Shown here: positions 51,801 through 61,637 of the stretch, piece after piece
How the letters are laid out: every line of letters starts with the position of its first letter
Position numbering within the stretch: the first letter of the stretch is position 1
Virus record (IMG/VR): IMGVR_UViG_3300035208_002115
From: a virus
Lineage: Duplodnaviria > Caudoviricetes
DNA length: 64,000 nt
Direction: 5' to 3' (one strand)
Program-made: the position numbers and the translations under genes
Notes under the pieces: model-generated
Seen by the model: the letters and a program-made list of their open reading frames with translations, nothing else
Told to the model about the DNA's origin: nothing
Databases searched by the model: none

Positions 51801-52381
51801 CTGCTATGTTCGTTGCAACAACATACATGCAGAAACACATCACTTCAACTGCTGGTATTCAGCCTTGGACTATATGTGCAGGTCTAACTAATGGTAAAAT
51901 ATCTGTTGGTGGAACTGAAATGGACTTCACAAATGAAGATTTAGAAGATATGTATGAAATGGGAGCTAACCCAATTATACGTGACATAAGTAATGGATTC
52001 TATATTAATTCAGAAAGTACAGCTCAGATGAATCCTGTAACTTCATTAAGTTATATTCATTCAAGAGAAGTATTAATTGAACTTGAAAATTCATTATACA
52101 ATATGTTATTACGTTACCATTGGAAATTTAATACTCCTACTGTACGTGCCGAGATTAAGTACCGTGCAGATAAGATTTGTAAAGAATTCCTCGATGCTAA
52201 TGCCTTATATGATTATAGAAATGTAATCGATGATAGCAACAATACAAGAGAAGTTATAGACTCTCAAATGGGTGTTCTTGATACCTTCGTTGAAATCGTA
52301 AAAGGTCTTGGAATAATTGTTAATAACATAACAATTCTTAGTACAGGCCAAATTTCTTCTGGCGGTTTCAATGCTGCATAG
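48803..52381 (+). CDS. gp18: Contractile tail sheath protein (gp18-like) with a large central insertion
   Basis: RPGIFIEE, FEKIFG, GANPI, LSYIHSRE, KFNTP..R, IDDSNNTREVID; 1192 aa; followed by the tube gene. Confidence 0.9.
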   Translation: MPIRDLGKYKRPGIFIEEFDNSLVELPVQDVLINLVPGFSRKGTINNPVYVDNSNDFEKIFGTLDKQLENKGSFFHRTALKMLETGPIWALNLLKTDATRDKLQWKSVSVTSQYFNGSLNQSPYERFFNRQDFWKRDDESFLDVVNDTSDDLERLLHITNMGDKTITTFMFKSSTRGFEVTAENWYGGLINVPEFINPKDLISDYLISVLVVAGDWTDYNTLSVDTTYSKYFSSTGLKKDKVQDFVNNRNVSILANYDVSLIPNFKDKSGRDMYIKNVINNDTDKTGLFCAYNEDLLLGADYPEGKIDIIGNTLVGGEQTEIDFLSYKETLNEDVTYPQKYLDSSGNVFGMANIVSPTSSYRTDSFNKWTTYDFNYASATSGVTNHTIKFDVITADAYYVITGSKITFTGVGGNLYDTLLDPLTNTEVRRYDHLYLTSDNTQVNVIKGSEILSGDTSTLPFYNVNNVDTIHLGYVEILNSSGVTTLTYHPVTVAGSGFVPITTTGIGSGTAGIYVSDSTDPLNTGDTSITVEFTGTLGVKSLTNYDDLRIYKIYDDVAENIQSGKAVIISTAVNRFKYTIGANYLITDWSTTENAKIKIYVDTVANYVTTGSLLLYFVDDEFILGNNTNQATTRYEMFTGSDTIGIVAKYSSFYQNYVDGIINSLDYFVVNNVDPAMFGVTKVYIRPYLRNGLLTVQFAGSKEPDSGLITTANWSTAMPTGYGSELIIWSNRGNYQQTIEIEAFTGTDFSKITEIKIDKNRYSEITIGTYLEGYYDENDVEIAGGSEMPRKMVRIIKTAIDSVDSSLKILYADSPIKVVDNDLSGTTDYMTTAYPSIDAYVTEYKGVAIPPFRIHPDSIPNGTEVRQEEILSVIGKNADTSLSKGLINKNKIVWRYLIDSFGLGLVDGSKQELMSLCGKKLNCLGFLNMPSARMFRKSTNPSFVNDDGSLSLTFVKQGGDLDKNPSFLYSFGQGVGESCVGYFFPYVNDTTSGVEKSSPPAMFVATTYMQKHITSTAGIQPWTICAGLTNGKISVGGTEMDFTNEDLEDMYEMGANPIIRDISNGFYINSESTAQMNPVTSLSYIHSREVLIELENSLYNMLLRYHWKFNTPTVRAEIKYRADKICKEFLDANALYDYRNVIDDSNNTREVIDSQMGVLDTFVEIVKGLGIIVNNITILSTGQISSGGFNAA

Positions 52382-52402
52382 TGTTTTAATAATAAAAAAA
52401 TT

Positions 52403-52431
52403 GAAAAGGGTTCAGAAATGAACCCTTTTTA
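52403..52431 (+). terminator. Intrinsic terminator after the sheath gene
   Basis: aaaagggttca-gaaa-tgaacccttttt. Confidence 0.8.
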
Positions 52432-52549
52432 TTTTATAAAAACGTCAAAAAATGAAAATAAATAAAAAATATATAATGTTACTAACGATTTCTAAAAATT
52501 GATTTTTAATATTAATATATACTATTAAATAAAAAATAATGAGATAAAC

Positions 52550-53113
52550 ATGCCTCTACCACATTTTACAAACGTTCAAAGCCATGTAGCTAATTTTGAA
52601 CCTATACATAAGTCATTATATGAAGTTGACATAATTTTGCCAGCTCCAATTTCTGATTTGCACCCAAACGCAACCAGTTTACTTTTGGAGAATACGATTT
52701 CAATAAATTTCCCAAAATATCCAAAATTGGCTAAACAGGAACAGAGATTTAAATATTCAACAAGATTGTTTACAATGATGCCAGATTCTACATCTATCGA
52801 TGATTTGGCTGTTAAATTCAATCTTAATCAAAACGACCAGAAACAAATATTCAATTTTAGAATGATGAAAGACTGGTACGACCTTGCATGGAATAACGAG
52901 GATGGTTCAGTATCTTATAAGAAAAATATGATAGGAGATATCATCATATATCTTCATGATAAAGAAGGCGCAGTTATAAGAAGGGTAACCTGTCACAATG
53001 CAATGTTAAACAGTTTCGAAGGCATGGAAGATGTTCAATGGTCTGATGTTTCTGCAATCATGGAACTAACCGCACATTTTTATGTCGATTATTGGGAAGA
53101 TTTTTATTATTAA
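52550..53113 (+). CDS. gp19: Tail tube protein (gp19-like)
   Basis: LPHF, EPI..LYEV, KDWYDL, YKKNM.G, DYWE; follows the sheath gene. Confidence 0.8.
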   Translation: MPLPHFTNVQSHVANFEPIHKSLYEVDIILPAPISDLHPNATSLLLENTISINFPKYPKLAKQEQRFKYSTRLFTMMPDSTSIDDLAVKFNLNQNDQKQIFNFRMMKDWYDLAWNNEDGSVSYKKNMIGDIIIYLHDKEGAVIRRVTCHNAMLNSFEGMEDVQWSDVSAIMELTAHFYVDYWEDFYY

Positions 53114-53357
53114 CAAATAATTTATTATCAATAAGTTACAAAAACTTCAATTTTTAATTGAAGTTTTTCTTTTTATATTAATATGTAATAAATTATAGAA
53201 AAAATTGGATAAAATATTATAATATATAAAGATATAATTTCTAATAAATTAATATTGTTTAAAAACAAAACGTTTTGTATGAATTAACAGGTATAATGAA
53301 AGTTTTTTCATTAGACCCACATTGATATAATATATAATTATACAATTAAAAAATAAT

Positions 53358-54314
53358 TTGTTTATAATGCCAAAGAAAGATGAGAATGAACAAATGGAAT
53401 ACCTTGATGGTTTCTTACAAGATACTGCAAAGGATATAAAAGAAATTAAGGACACTATTAAACAGCAACCAATTTCTAATTCCACATTAAATTTTATTAA
53501 TGTTCCTATTGATATTTTACCAGCAGGTTCATTTTATAAAAAAGGAACTCAAATTAAGATACGTTCAGCAAACGTTTCTGAGGTTCAGGCATATAGTGTG
53601 GTCGATGAAAAAAACTACATTGATATAACTGAAAAAATGAACGAAATGTTATCAGCTTGTGTTAGATATATACATGCTAATGGCACAATTGGGTCATATA
53701 AAAATATAAAAGATGGTGATAGAATATTTTTAATCTTTATGATTAAAGAATTAACATTTCAAAGAGGCAACACACTGGCGAAAGACCATGTATGTGAACA
53801 CTGTAAACACGAATTTAAAATTTCATTTCGTGCCACTCCGAGTGATGCTATGCCAAGAACATTTGTTAATTTCGAAAGACCGAAAGATATAGAAAAGTTT
53901 TATGATTCTAATGAAAAATGTTATGTATTAAATATTAATAACAGCCAGTGGAAAATTGCACCGCCAACTATTGGTATACAAGAGATATTTTATAATAACA
54001 TAAAAACAAAAGTTGGTGACCAGAAAACACCGAATATTTCTCTTTTAAAAATTCTACCATATCTATTATATGATAGAGATAAAATTACCGATGAGGGAAT
54101 AGAAGCTAAAGAAAAAGAATTTAAATCTATGGATATGGAAACATTCCAAATTTTAAATCAATTTGTAGATAAAATGAAATTCGGTATTGAAAAACTAAAA
54201 ACGGTATGTCCAAATTGTAGCCAAGAGGTCTACGCACCGATGAACTTTCAAAGGTACGGAGCTGCGAGTCTTTTCGTTATTCCAGATTTCCTTGATGACT
54301 TTATTGCGAAATAA
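53358..54314 (+). CDS. Baseplate hub subunit, T4 gp26-like
   Basis: LPAGSFY, IKIRS, GDRIFLIFMIKELT, two CxxC pairs. Confidence 0.7.
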   Translation: MFIMPKKDENEQMEYLDGFLQDTAKDIKEIKDTIKQQPISNSTLNFINVPIDILPAGSFYKKGTQIKIRSANVSEVQAYSVVDEKNYIDITEKMNEMLSACVRYIHANGTIGSYKNIKDGDRIFLIFMIKELTFQRGNTLAKDHVCEHCKHEFKISFRATPSDAMPRTFVNFERPKDIEKFYDSNEKCYVLNINNSQWKIAPPTIGIQEIFYNNIKTKVGDQKTPNISLLKILPYLLYDRDKITDEGIEAKEKEFKSMDMETFQILNQFVDKMKFGIEKLKTVCPNCSQEVYAPMNFQRYGAASLFVIPDFLDDFIAK

Positions 54315-54534
54315 GTTTGAGTTCATGGTTCAGACCCATCAACCAACAACAGTAATAGACACTTGGTCATATTGGGAATATGAAGAATATGTCAAATTAT
54401 AAAATGAAAAGAATAAAAAAGAAGAAGAAGATTATAAAAAACAGAATGAAGATGCTGATAGAATGAAACAATCAAGTAGTATTGGCAACTTCTCGATTCC
54501 AAAAATGCCCAATTTTAATTATCCTAAATTTTAA
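54295..54534 (+). pseudogene. gp51-like baseplate hub assembly gene interrupted by an in-frame TAA (54400-54402)
   Basis: MTLLRNKFEFM...IDTWSYWEYEEYVKL*NEKNKKEEE...MPNFNYPKF; the frame continues past the stop to a terminator. Confidence 0.6.
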
Positions 54535-54566
54535 AACCACCTTATGGTGGTTTTTTTATAGCTAAA

Positions 54567-54643
54567 AGTGCCATATATGATACTTTTTTTTATTTAAAAC
54601 CCATACTTATATAATATCATATGATAGTATCATATATGGCACT
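54567..54643. repeat. Perfect 18-bp inverted repeat with a 41-bp spacer
   Basis: agtgccatatatgatact (54567-54584) / agtatcatatatggcact (54626-54643). Confidence 0.85.
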
Positions 54644-54725
54644 ATTCTTTATGATTATATTCTGTTCCTTTTTTAATTTTTAAACCTTTCATTTTTTAAT
54701 ATATAAAGAAAAATATTATGAATCA

Positions 54726-55583
54726 ATGTTAAATAAAGAAATACATTTTTATGATTTAGATAATACCCTGTGGAATATTATTGGTAAGGTGTGGATTATA
54801 TCAAAAAACAATCCAAACAAACCGCTTCTTAAAATAAGTTTCCTTGAATATTTGAATATTAAAAATAAAATGTATATAAATGATAAAATTGAAATTGAAT
54901 ATAATGATTCAACGTATTGGATACCACAGTCTATGTTAGACCGTATTCAAAAAAGAAAAAATATAGACCCAGATTTATTGGGTATATCTAAACGTGAATT
55001 ATTTGACCCCAATTATATTAAAAAAATCAATTTCAATTTGAAGAATATTCTTCATTTAAAAGATAAAAAGGTAGATATAGGAATTCTGACAGGTAGAATG
55101 AATCAGGAGAATGAACAAGAATATCTTAATTTATTACGTGAAAAACTAAAACAACTTAATTTGAATTTAACTAAAATATATTATGTTGGAGAATTCTTAC
55201 ATAATAGTAGTGATAAACGAGCATTTGAAAAAATGAAAGTATTACTTGAACATTTGATAGGCGTTAAAATCTTAGGTGATAAATTTGTTCCCATAAAACA
55301 AGACTGGTATGAAAACGTTTATTTTTATGATGATGAAGTTCAGAATATATATTCAGCTAATAATATTCAGGAATATTTTGAAAATTACATGAAAAACACT
55401 GATGACGAAACTTTTAAATATATTATAGAAAGAATAAAAAATAATGATTTAACATTAATAACAAATCTAATAAGTGGTAATGAAATGAATATGTTTGAAA
55501 CTAAAAAAATTATTATAACAGAACCTGTAAAATATCCTATAAAAGTTGAAAGTTTAGAAATTAAAAAATTTAAAGAGTTTTAA
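54726..55583 (+). CDS. HAD-like phosphatase domain protein
   Basis: FYDLDNTL, LTGR, FYDD. Confidence 0.65.
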   Translation: MLNKEIHFYDLDNTLWNIIGKVWIISKNNPNKPLLKISFLEYLNIKNKMYINDKIEIEYNDSTYWIPQSMLDRIQKRKNIDPDLLGISKRELFDPNYIKKINFNLKNILHLKDKKVDIGILTGRMNQENEQEYLNLLREKLKQLNLNLTKIYYVGEFLHNSSDKRAFEKMKVLLEHLIGVKILGDKFVPIKQDWYENVYFYDDEVQNIYSANNIQEYFENYMKNTDDETFKYIIERIKNNDLTLITNLISGNEMNMFETKKIIITEPVKYPIKVESLEIKKFKEF

Positions 55584-56764
55584 TGGCTGGTAGTAGTTCA
55601 TATAGTACTGGTGTTCCAGTTGAAATTTCCCCAACACTAACAATTAAATTTCCAGTGGATAAATTGGTAGATGAATTTGTTGCAAATATGTATGATATAC
55701 CTGTTGATTTTAATAAAGAAAGTAAAACTACTATACAAAAACGTCTTTATGAAGAAAATCATATTCCAACGGTCGATGAACCTGGTATTAGCACACTGAT
55801 AGATGCTTTTATTAGATTAATTATCAAAGCTATCGGTACATTCGCTCAACAAGTATTTACTATAACAGATTTAGTAAAAAGATTAAAATTAGCATTAAAA
55901 AATCCAACAGATAAAAGTAATGCATCTTATATCAGTTCCATACCAAATAAGATAAAAGAACTTATGAAAGAAGCAACCCAAATCTTTTCTGACACTGCAA
56001 ATTGGATTATTAAAAAATTTTTAGGTGCTTTGGGTAAAATTAATATTCCAATACCAGCATTTTCATTTGATATATTAGGATTTGAACTTAAAGTTCCAAA
56101 AATAGATAATAAAGGTTTGATTAAAGCTAAATTTACTATACCAGCCAAAGAAAATAGTGAAATTTCTTCTTTACAGATTCAAATAAAAACCGAAAAACTA
56201 AAAGGCAGTAAAGATAAAACGAAATTAAATGAATTAAACCAAAAATTAGATGCAAAAATACAAAGTAATCCAATAGCTGCTTTTACAGATTCTATAAAAA
56301 AATTAATAATAGGTATTATAAAATTTCCAATAGATTTTTTATTTGGTTTATTTAAACAATTGATTGATACATTAACTGGTATATTATCTTTCGATTTTAG
56401 TGGATTTGATAAATTAATAAAAATGATGAAACCAAGTGTAGATAGTGTAAAAAAACTAATTGTAGGGGTATTAGATACTATTATAACAGGGTTTTCTAAA
56501 CTATATGATAATGTAACCAAAAAATTTGGAAAAGGTAAAAAAGATAAAAAAAAGAAAGAAGATATAAATGAACATTTGAGAAAAAATGGGTTGGGTATAA
56601 TGGGTTGGTCGGATACCGAAGAAAATACTAAAAAATTAAATAAATTGATAGCCTTTTTTAATTTAGCCTCGAATGTTACGGATGCATTCTCTCAATTATT
56701 TTTATCATTAGTCATTGAATTGTTTAATTATGCTTTAGACCCAGTTGGTATAAAAGTCGGATAA
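55583..56764 (+). CDS. Hypothetical helical protein in a late operon
   Basis: 393 aa, amphipathic helices. Confidence 0.6.
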   Translation: MAGSSSYSTGVPVEISPTLTIKFPVDKLVDEFVANMYDIPVDFNKESKTTIQKRLYEENHIPTVDEPGISTLIDAFIRLIIKAIGTFAQQVFTITDLVKRLKLALKNPTDKSNASYISSIPNKIKELMKEATQIFSDTANWIIKKFLGALGKINIPIPAFSFDILGFELKVPKIDNKGLIKAKFTIPAKENSEISSLQIQIKTEKLKGSKDKTKLNELNQKLDAKIQSNPIAAFTDSIKKLIIGIIKFPIDFLFGLFKQLIDTLTGILSFDFSGFDKLIKMMKPSVDSVKKLIVGVLDTIITGFSKLYDNVTKKFGKGKKDKKKKEDINEHLRKNGLGIMGWSDTEENTKKLNKLIAFFNLASNVTDAFSQLFLSLVIELFNYALDPVGIKVG

Positions 56765-56800
56765 TAATAATTTATATATAATTTAAAATAAAAATATAAA

Positions 56801-57742
56801 ATGAAATATCTTAAAACCTTTGAAACTTATAATATTACTACTGATGAAGATATTACAAATGAGGGGTTACTTGGCTCATTGAAAGGTTTCCTTGGAAAGT
56901 TATTTCAGAATATTAATAAGATTTTTACAGAACAGGGTGATAAAGTTATCAAAGAAATAGAGGCTAAAAAGAATCCGAAAGATGTATTCAACACTATGAA
57001 AGGGTTCTTAGATGTAAATAAACAAACATTTACTACCGAAATGAACAATTCTGCCTCACTAAATAAAGTGAGAGATGCTGTTTATTCTAATGTAGTATTA
57101 TTAGATGCATCATTCAAGGCAGCTTCAACTAAATTAAATAACAATAAAGTATCATTCGAACAAATATTTGGTAATGAAACCCCGAAAGAATTTCAAAAAA
57201 TATTTAGTCAAAAAGATGAAAAAAATAAACAGGAAATGGTTGTATCTTTTTCAAATTCAATGGTGGAGAATATGGGGAAGGGCATTGGGATACAAAATTT
57301 TGAAGAATTAAAATTAAATATCGGGGAAGAAGCAAAGCCATCTGGCATGACAGCTACCAGTACAACCACTGAAGCACCAACAACAAATCAACCGAATACA
57401 ACACCCGAACAAAATGTAAATACAAGTTACAAATTTATAAATGAGGCTGCAACAGATGACCAATTAAAAAATATAAAAAAAATAATAATAGACTGGTTTA
57501 ATAACAATGTTTATATGAAGATATATAAAAACTTGGCAGAAATTGAAAAAAATACACCGAACACAGCAACAACATCGTTAGACCAACAAATAAATAATAT
57601 CAAAATAACAAATAATAAAGACGGTGTTAAAAAAATGGTTAATGCTATATTAAACTTTGATGATGATAAAAAACTCGGAGATTTAAGAGATGCAATGGTT
57701 AAACTTGGATATATTAATATGAATGATGTAGGAAAATTCTAA
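56801..57742 (+). CDS. Probable virion internal protein (N-terminus MKYLKTFETY...TNEG)
   Basis: Capsid-targeting-like start, INE/TNE putative cleavage sites, TATATA upstream, terminator at 57742-57770. Confidence 0.6.
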   Translation: MKYLKTFETYNITTDEDITNEGLLGSLKGFLGKLFQNINKIFTEQGDKVIKEIEAKKNPKDVFNTMKGFLDVNKQTFTTEMNNSASLNKVRDAVYSNVVLLDASFKAASTKLNNNKVSFEQIFGNETPKEFQKIFSQKDEKNKQEMVVSFSNSMVENMGKGIGIQNFEELKLNIGEEAKPSGMTATSTTTEAPTTNQPNTTPEQNVNTSYKFINEAATDDQLKNIKKIIIDWFNNNVYMKIYKNLAEIEKNTPNTATTSLDQQINNIKITNNKDGVKKMVNAILNFDDDKKLGDLRDAMVKLGYINMNDVGKF

Positions 57743-57801
57743 AAAAACCACTGAAATTCAGTGGTTTTCTTTTTTACCCAAAGTTGATTTAATTAGCAGT
57801 A

Positions 57802-58212
57802 TTATTTTATGTTTTTAGGTTTCGTAGTTTTCTTTTGTCCAGTTGGTTTTTTAGCACCTGTTGATTTTTTTGTCGATTTAACTTCTGATACTTTTTTAAT
57901 TACCTTTTTAGTTTCTATAATGGATGCCTGTTTTATTTCATCCAATGTTTTATCGATATAAACCTTTTTTTCCTGTATTTTAATTGTTGGAACGTCCTTA
58001 GTTTCTTGAATAATATCTGAATCTGGTAAGAATAATTCATCATATTTATTTAATTCTTCTTTACTTGGTTCTTCGGATGTTTTCCACTCATCACCTATTT
58101 CGGGTGTAGTCCCATCAACTATTTTTTCATTGTCTTTTTTTCTTTTTAAGTAAACATAAACAAATACACCTAAAATTAAAATAAGTACCCCTATAAATAC
58201 ATATGCTCCCAT
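57802..58212 (-). CDS. Membrane-anchored Lys-rich protein
   Basis: N-terminal TM. Confidence 0.6.
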   Translation of the reverse strand: MGAYVFIGVLILILGVFVYVYLKRKKDNEKIVDGTTPEIGDEWKTSEEPSKEELNKYDELFLPDSDIIQETKDVPTIKIQEKKVYIDKTLDEIKQASIIETKKVIKKVSEVKSTKKSTGAKKPTGQKKTTKPKNIK

Positions 58213-58279
58213 TTTTTCAACTTTATTTTTTATAATATAGAACTATATATTTAAAAAGTTTGGTTCTGTTTAATATTTT

Positions 58280-58753
58280 TCAACAATTATATAATGATTC
58301 AATTTTTTCTTGTCTTTGTATTTTTAATAATATAGAATTAACATATTTTCTAAAATCACCAGTGATGTTACCATTATATCTATCTTTTTGTATAGAAACC
58401 GCATAAATGTCGAATATGTTCCCAGATTCGAAATGAAGATGTAAAGTCAAGTCACTTCTTACTTCATATTTCCTACTAACAGAAAAATCTACAAATTTAC
58501 CATTACCTCTTAAAAATATTGGACATATATACATAAAACTTTCTGGTGTCCAAGAATCAGAATATAATTCATTATTTGTGACTATTTTAGTATCAATTTC
58601 TATTAAACCGAAAATATGTTTCTTTTTCTTAACATTATTTGTAAAATCAGACATTAAATGATTAAAAAATCTTTCTGAATATGGGTGTTCAATATTAATA
58701 TTAATAGCTTTTATTAAAATTCTACTATAATCATTAAAAGGATAATTAATCAT
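58280..58753 (-). CDS. Tagged hypothetical protein (ends RQEKIESLY)
   Basis: ORF track. Confidence 0.6.
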   Translation of the reverse strand: MINYPFNDYSRILIKAININIEHPYSERFFNHLMSDFTNNVKKKKHIFGLIEIDTKIVTNNELYSDSWTPESFMYICPIFLRGNGKFVDFSVSRKYEVRSDLTLHLHFESGNIFDIYAVSIQKDRYNGNITGDFRKYVNSILLKIQRQEKIESLYNC

Positions 58754-59154
58754 ACTAAGTATTTTAATACAATTGTTTGCTTTGGCTTTATTTTATCTTC
58801 GGCTTCTTCTTTTGTAAAAAACCCAAATTTATCCACCTCATCATTTGGGACGATGGACTTATTTATTCTAATATCTTCTGGCCTTATATTAACAATAAAA
58901 TAATAAATATATTTTTTTACATCTTTATTTTTCTTCTTGTAATAAAATATATGCATGTCACTCTCAATATCTTCTGGATTAACGATAACCCCAGTTTCTT
59001 CGTAGGTTTCACGAATAGCTGTTTCCATTATACCGTCTCCTTTCTCAACTGTACCTTTTGGTATTCCCCATGTTTTTTTATTATATTCTCCGTTGGGGTG
59101 TATCAATAATATCTTATTATCGGATATTATAACTAAGCCAGCATTTATTTCCAT
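58750..59154 (-). CDS. NUDIX hydrolase
   Basis: PKGTVEKGDGIMETAIRETYEETG Nudix box. Confidence 0.93.
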   Translation of the reverse strand: MEINAGLVIISDNKILLIHPNGEYNKKTWGIPKGTVEKGDGIMETAIRETYEETGVIVNPEDIESDMHIFYYKKKNKDVKKYIYYFIVNIRPEDIRINKSIVPNDEVDKFGFFTKEEAEDKIKPKQTIVLKYLV

Positions 59155-59193
59155 AAAGTAATTTTTTGTTATATAAAAATAATAATCTCATTA

Positions 59194-59878
59194 TTAAAAT
59201 TCGCTAACATTAAATAAATTTTTTAATTTTTCGACTCGTTCTATGTTTAAAATTCCACTTTTCATGTTTTCTAAATTCAAATTGCTCGAATTTAAAATAA
59301 AAATATTATTAGTAAAGGAACTATTATCACTAATATATAGTGTCATTTTTTGTGAATCGATGAAAACATATTTTTCTATATTTTTAAAGTAATAAATGTC
59401 ATCAGCACCAATTACAAGACCAATTTTTTGTGCGTTGCTATCTAAGTAATTAATCATTGGTAGATATATACTTAACCAATCTATTCCTTTACTTCCCTTT
59501 ATATACATTTAACCATTTATTAAATTCTTTAATTTTATACTTTCTAATAGTATTTTCCAAATCCAATAATAATGATTCTGGAATTACAAGACCAAATTTA
59601 GTAAAGTTTTCTTTAATTTCATCTAAATTAAATAAACATTCCGAAATTCCTTCACTCCACATTTTAACATGAAGACCCCATGATTTCTTCCCTATTATTA
59701 TACCTTTTAGAACGTTCGGGTGTCTGGTTGGTATCCCAGTATTACATAATTCTTCTTTAGAATATTCACCATTATCGAACTTTCTAAAACAAAACTTACC
59801 ATCTTGGCATATTAGATTACCTGATGTTTTTACATCAGACCCACAAAAATCTAAAATACCGTAACGGTAAGATAACAA
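59194..59878 (-). CDS. Two hypothetical genes with the tag or a variant (RVEKLKNLF; RKYKIKEF)
   Basis: ORF track. Confidence 0.55.
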
Positions 59879-60198
59879 GAAAAATTGAAAAATTTCATTG
59901 AACTTTTCAGTGTATCTTTTCCTTTTTCTGTCTTTTCTGGATAGGCCACTTACGTGACCATATGTGCTTTTAGCATGTCTTTAATTTTTAATTTTTATAA
60001 GACATGCTGGAAAAATATTAATAATCACGTAAAAATCGTTGTAGAAGTAAAACTTTTTCAAATTCATCATTATTAATAAAAAAATCTATCATTATTTCGA
60101 TTTCATTCTTATTAAAATTTGAGTATTCTAAATCGAAATTGAAAAATTTCAATTTCTCATACATTTCATAAACATTATCTGATGTAATTTCCATAATA

Positions 60199-60786
60199 TT
60201 AAATGTAACTTTTCATTTCTTTTTTTAGGTTTTCTACATGTGTTTCTTTAAATCTGAAATACATAGCTTTACATGATTCCAAATTAATATTAAACATATC
60301 AGATATCTCTACATATTTAACCCCCATTAAACGAGCCATTACTACATAATACATATTATCATTTTTAATATACTTTCTTAAATTCTTTTTGAGATATTTT
60401 AATTTATTCCGAAATTCACGATTTTCCAGTATTTCAAGTGGGTTTAAGCTTTCATCATCAATTCCTAATTCTTCACGTTCCTCAACTGTATCTTTATTAT
60501 CATCATATTTACCGCCTTCTTTATATAAAGAAACAGAATACATTTTATTTTCTACACTATTTTTTCGTTTCTTATCTATAAAAATGTTGTGCATAATAGA
60601 TAACATCCAAAATTTCATTTCTGATTTTTCGAATTTAAAAAATTCTTTTTTATCTATTGATTTTAAATATGTTTCTTGAACTAAATCTTCATATTCTGTA
60701 ACATTATAGTTACAAAGTTTTTTCGCATAACCCAGCAGTGATTTATGTAAATCTTTCGACTGAATTTCTATAAAAAATTTTTCCAC
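60199..60786 (-). CDS. ECF-type sigma-70 factor
   Basis: EDLVQETYLK, WMLSIMHNIFID, KYVEISDMFNI. Confidence 0.85.
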   Translation of the reverse strand: MEKFFIEIQSKDLHKSLLGYAKKLCNYNVTEYEDLVQETYLKSIDKKEFFKFEKSEMKFWMLSIMHNIFIDKKRKNSVENKMYSVSLYKEGGKYDDNKDTVEEREELGIDDESLNPLEILENREFRNKLKYLKKNLRKYIKNDNMYYVVMARLMGVKYVEISDMFNINLESCKAMYFRFKETHVENLKKEMKSYI

Positions 60787-60854
60787 TCATTTATCATTAT
60801 TTTTTACCGAGAACGGTACTCATATATAATACCAAAACCTTGAAAAGTTTGAAT

Positions 60855-61634
60855 TTAATTGAGTTTTTTTATATCTTCAACCATAATTTTTTTCCAATAG
60901 TTGAAATCTAATTTTTCGTAATTCCATTCTCTTGTATTAAAATCTTCTAACGTTCTATTTAAAAAACCTTCGGTTATATCTGACCATTTATCAATTTGTA
61001 AAATAGGTAAATCATTAAAATTTTTATATATTTCACTTCTTATAACAATCGGTATAACTCCAGAATATAATGATTCCCATGTTCTAAAAGAATCTTCGGA
61101 TATACCTCTTGGTGATAAATTAAAATAATGATGCTTCATTAAGATTAAATAAAATTCTAACTGTATGGTACAATCTTGATGTGAAACCCAATTCTTATCG
61201 ATAAATAAATTTCTTATTCTTTCACGGATTGGGTGTGTTCTACCCATAGCCATAAGCATCAACTTTTGTTTTTTTATATTTTCATCAGATAAGATATCCT
61301 GAATCATATCTTTGACATTATTAAATACCATAGAATTCCACCCCAGTGGTAGATTTACAATTTTATTTAAATTTAAATTGGCATATACACTATACCACCG
61401 TATTAAATTTTCAGGTAACTTATAGCCTATTTTTTGTATAATAGATAAAAGGTTACCATCTACCCCAGTGGTTAAAATTATAAATTTATAATTCGGTGGA
61501 TTTTTTAATAAATGAATAATTTCCGATTCTTGTGTAAAATTAAAATGAAAAATACGTTCATGTAAATCCTTTAATTCTTTATATTTTTCATAATGTATAA
61601 ATGAATCAATCGGTATATTATGCTTCATAAACAT
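60855..61634 (-). CDS. Exostosin-like (GT47) glycosyltransferase
   Basis: FNLSPRG...DSFRTWESLYSGVIPIV...DLPIL. Confidence 0.75.
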   Translation of the reverse strand: MFMKHNIPIDSFIHYEKYKELKDLHERIFHFNFTQESEIIHLLKNPPNYKFIILTTGVDGNLLSIIQKIGYKLPENLIRWYSVYANLNLNKIVNLPLGWNSMVFNNVKDMIQDILSDENIKKQKLMLMAMGRTHPIRERIRNLFIDKNWVSHQDCTIQLEFYLILMKHHYFNLSPRGISEDSFRTWESLYSGVIPIVIRSEIYKNFNDLPILQIDKWSDITEGFLNRTLEDFNTREWNYEKLDFNYWKKIMVEDIKKLN

Positions 61635-61637
61635 CTT

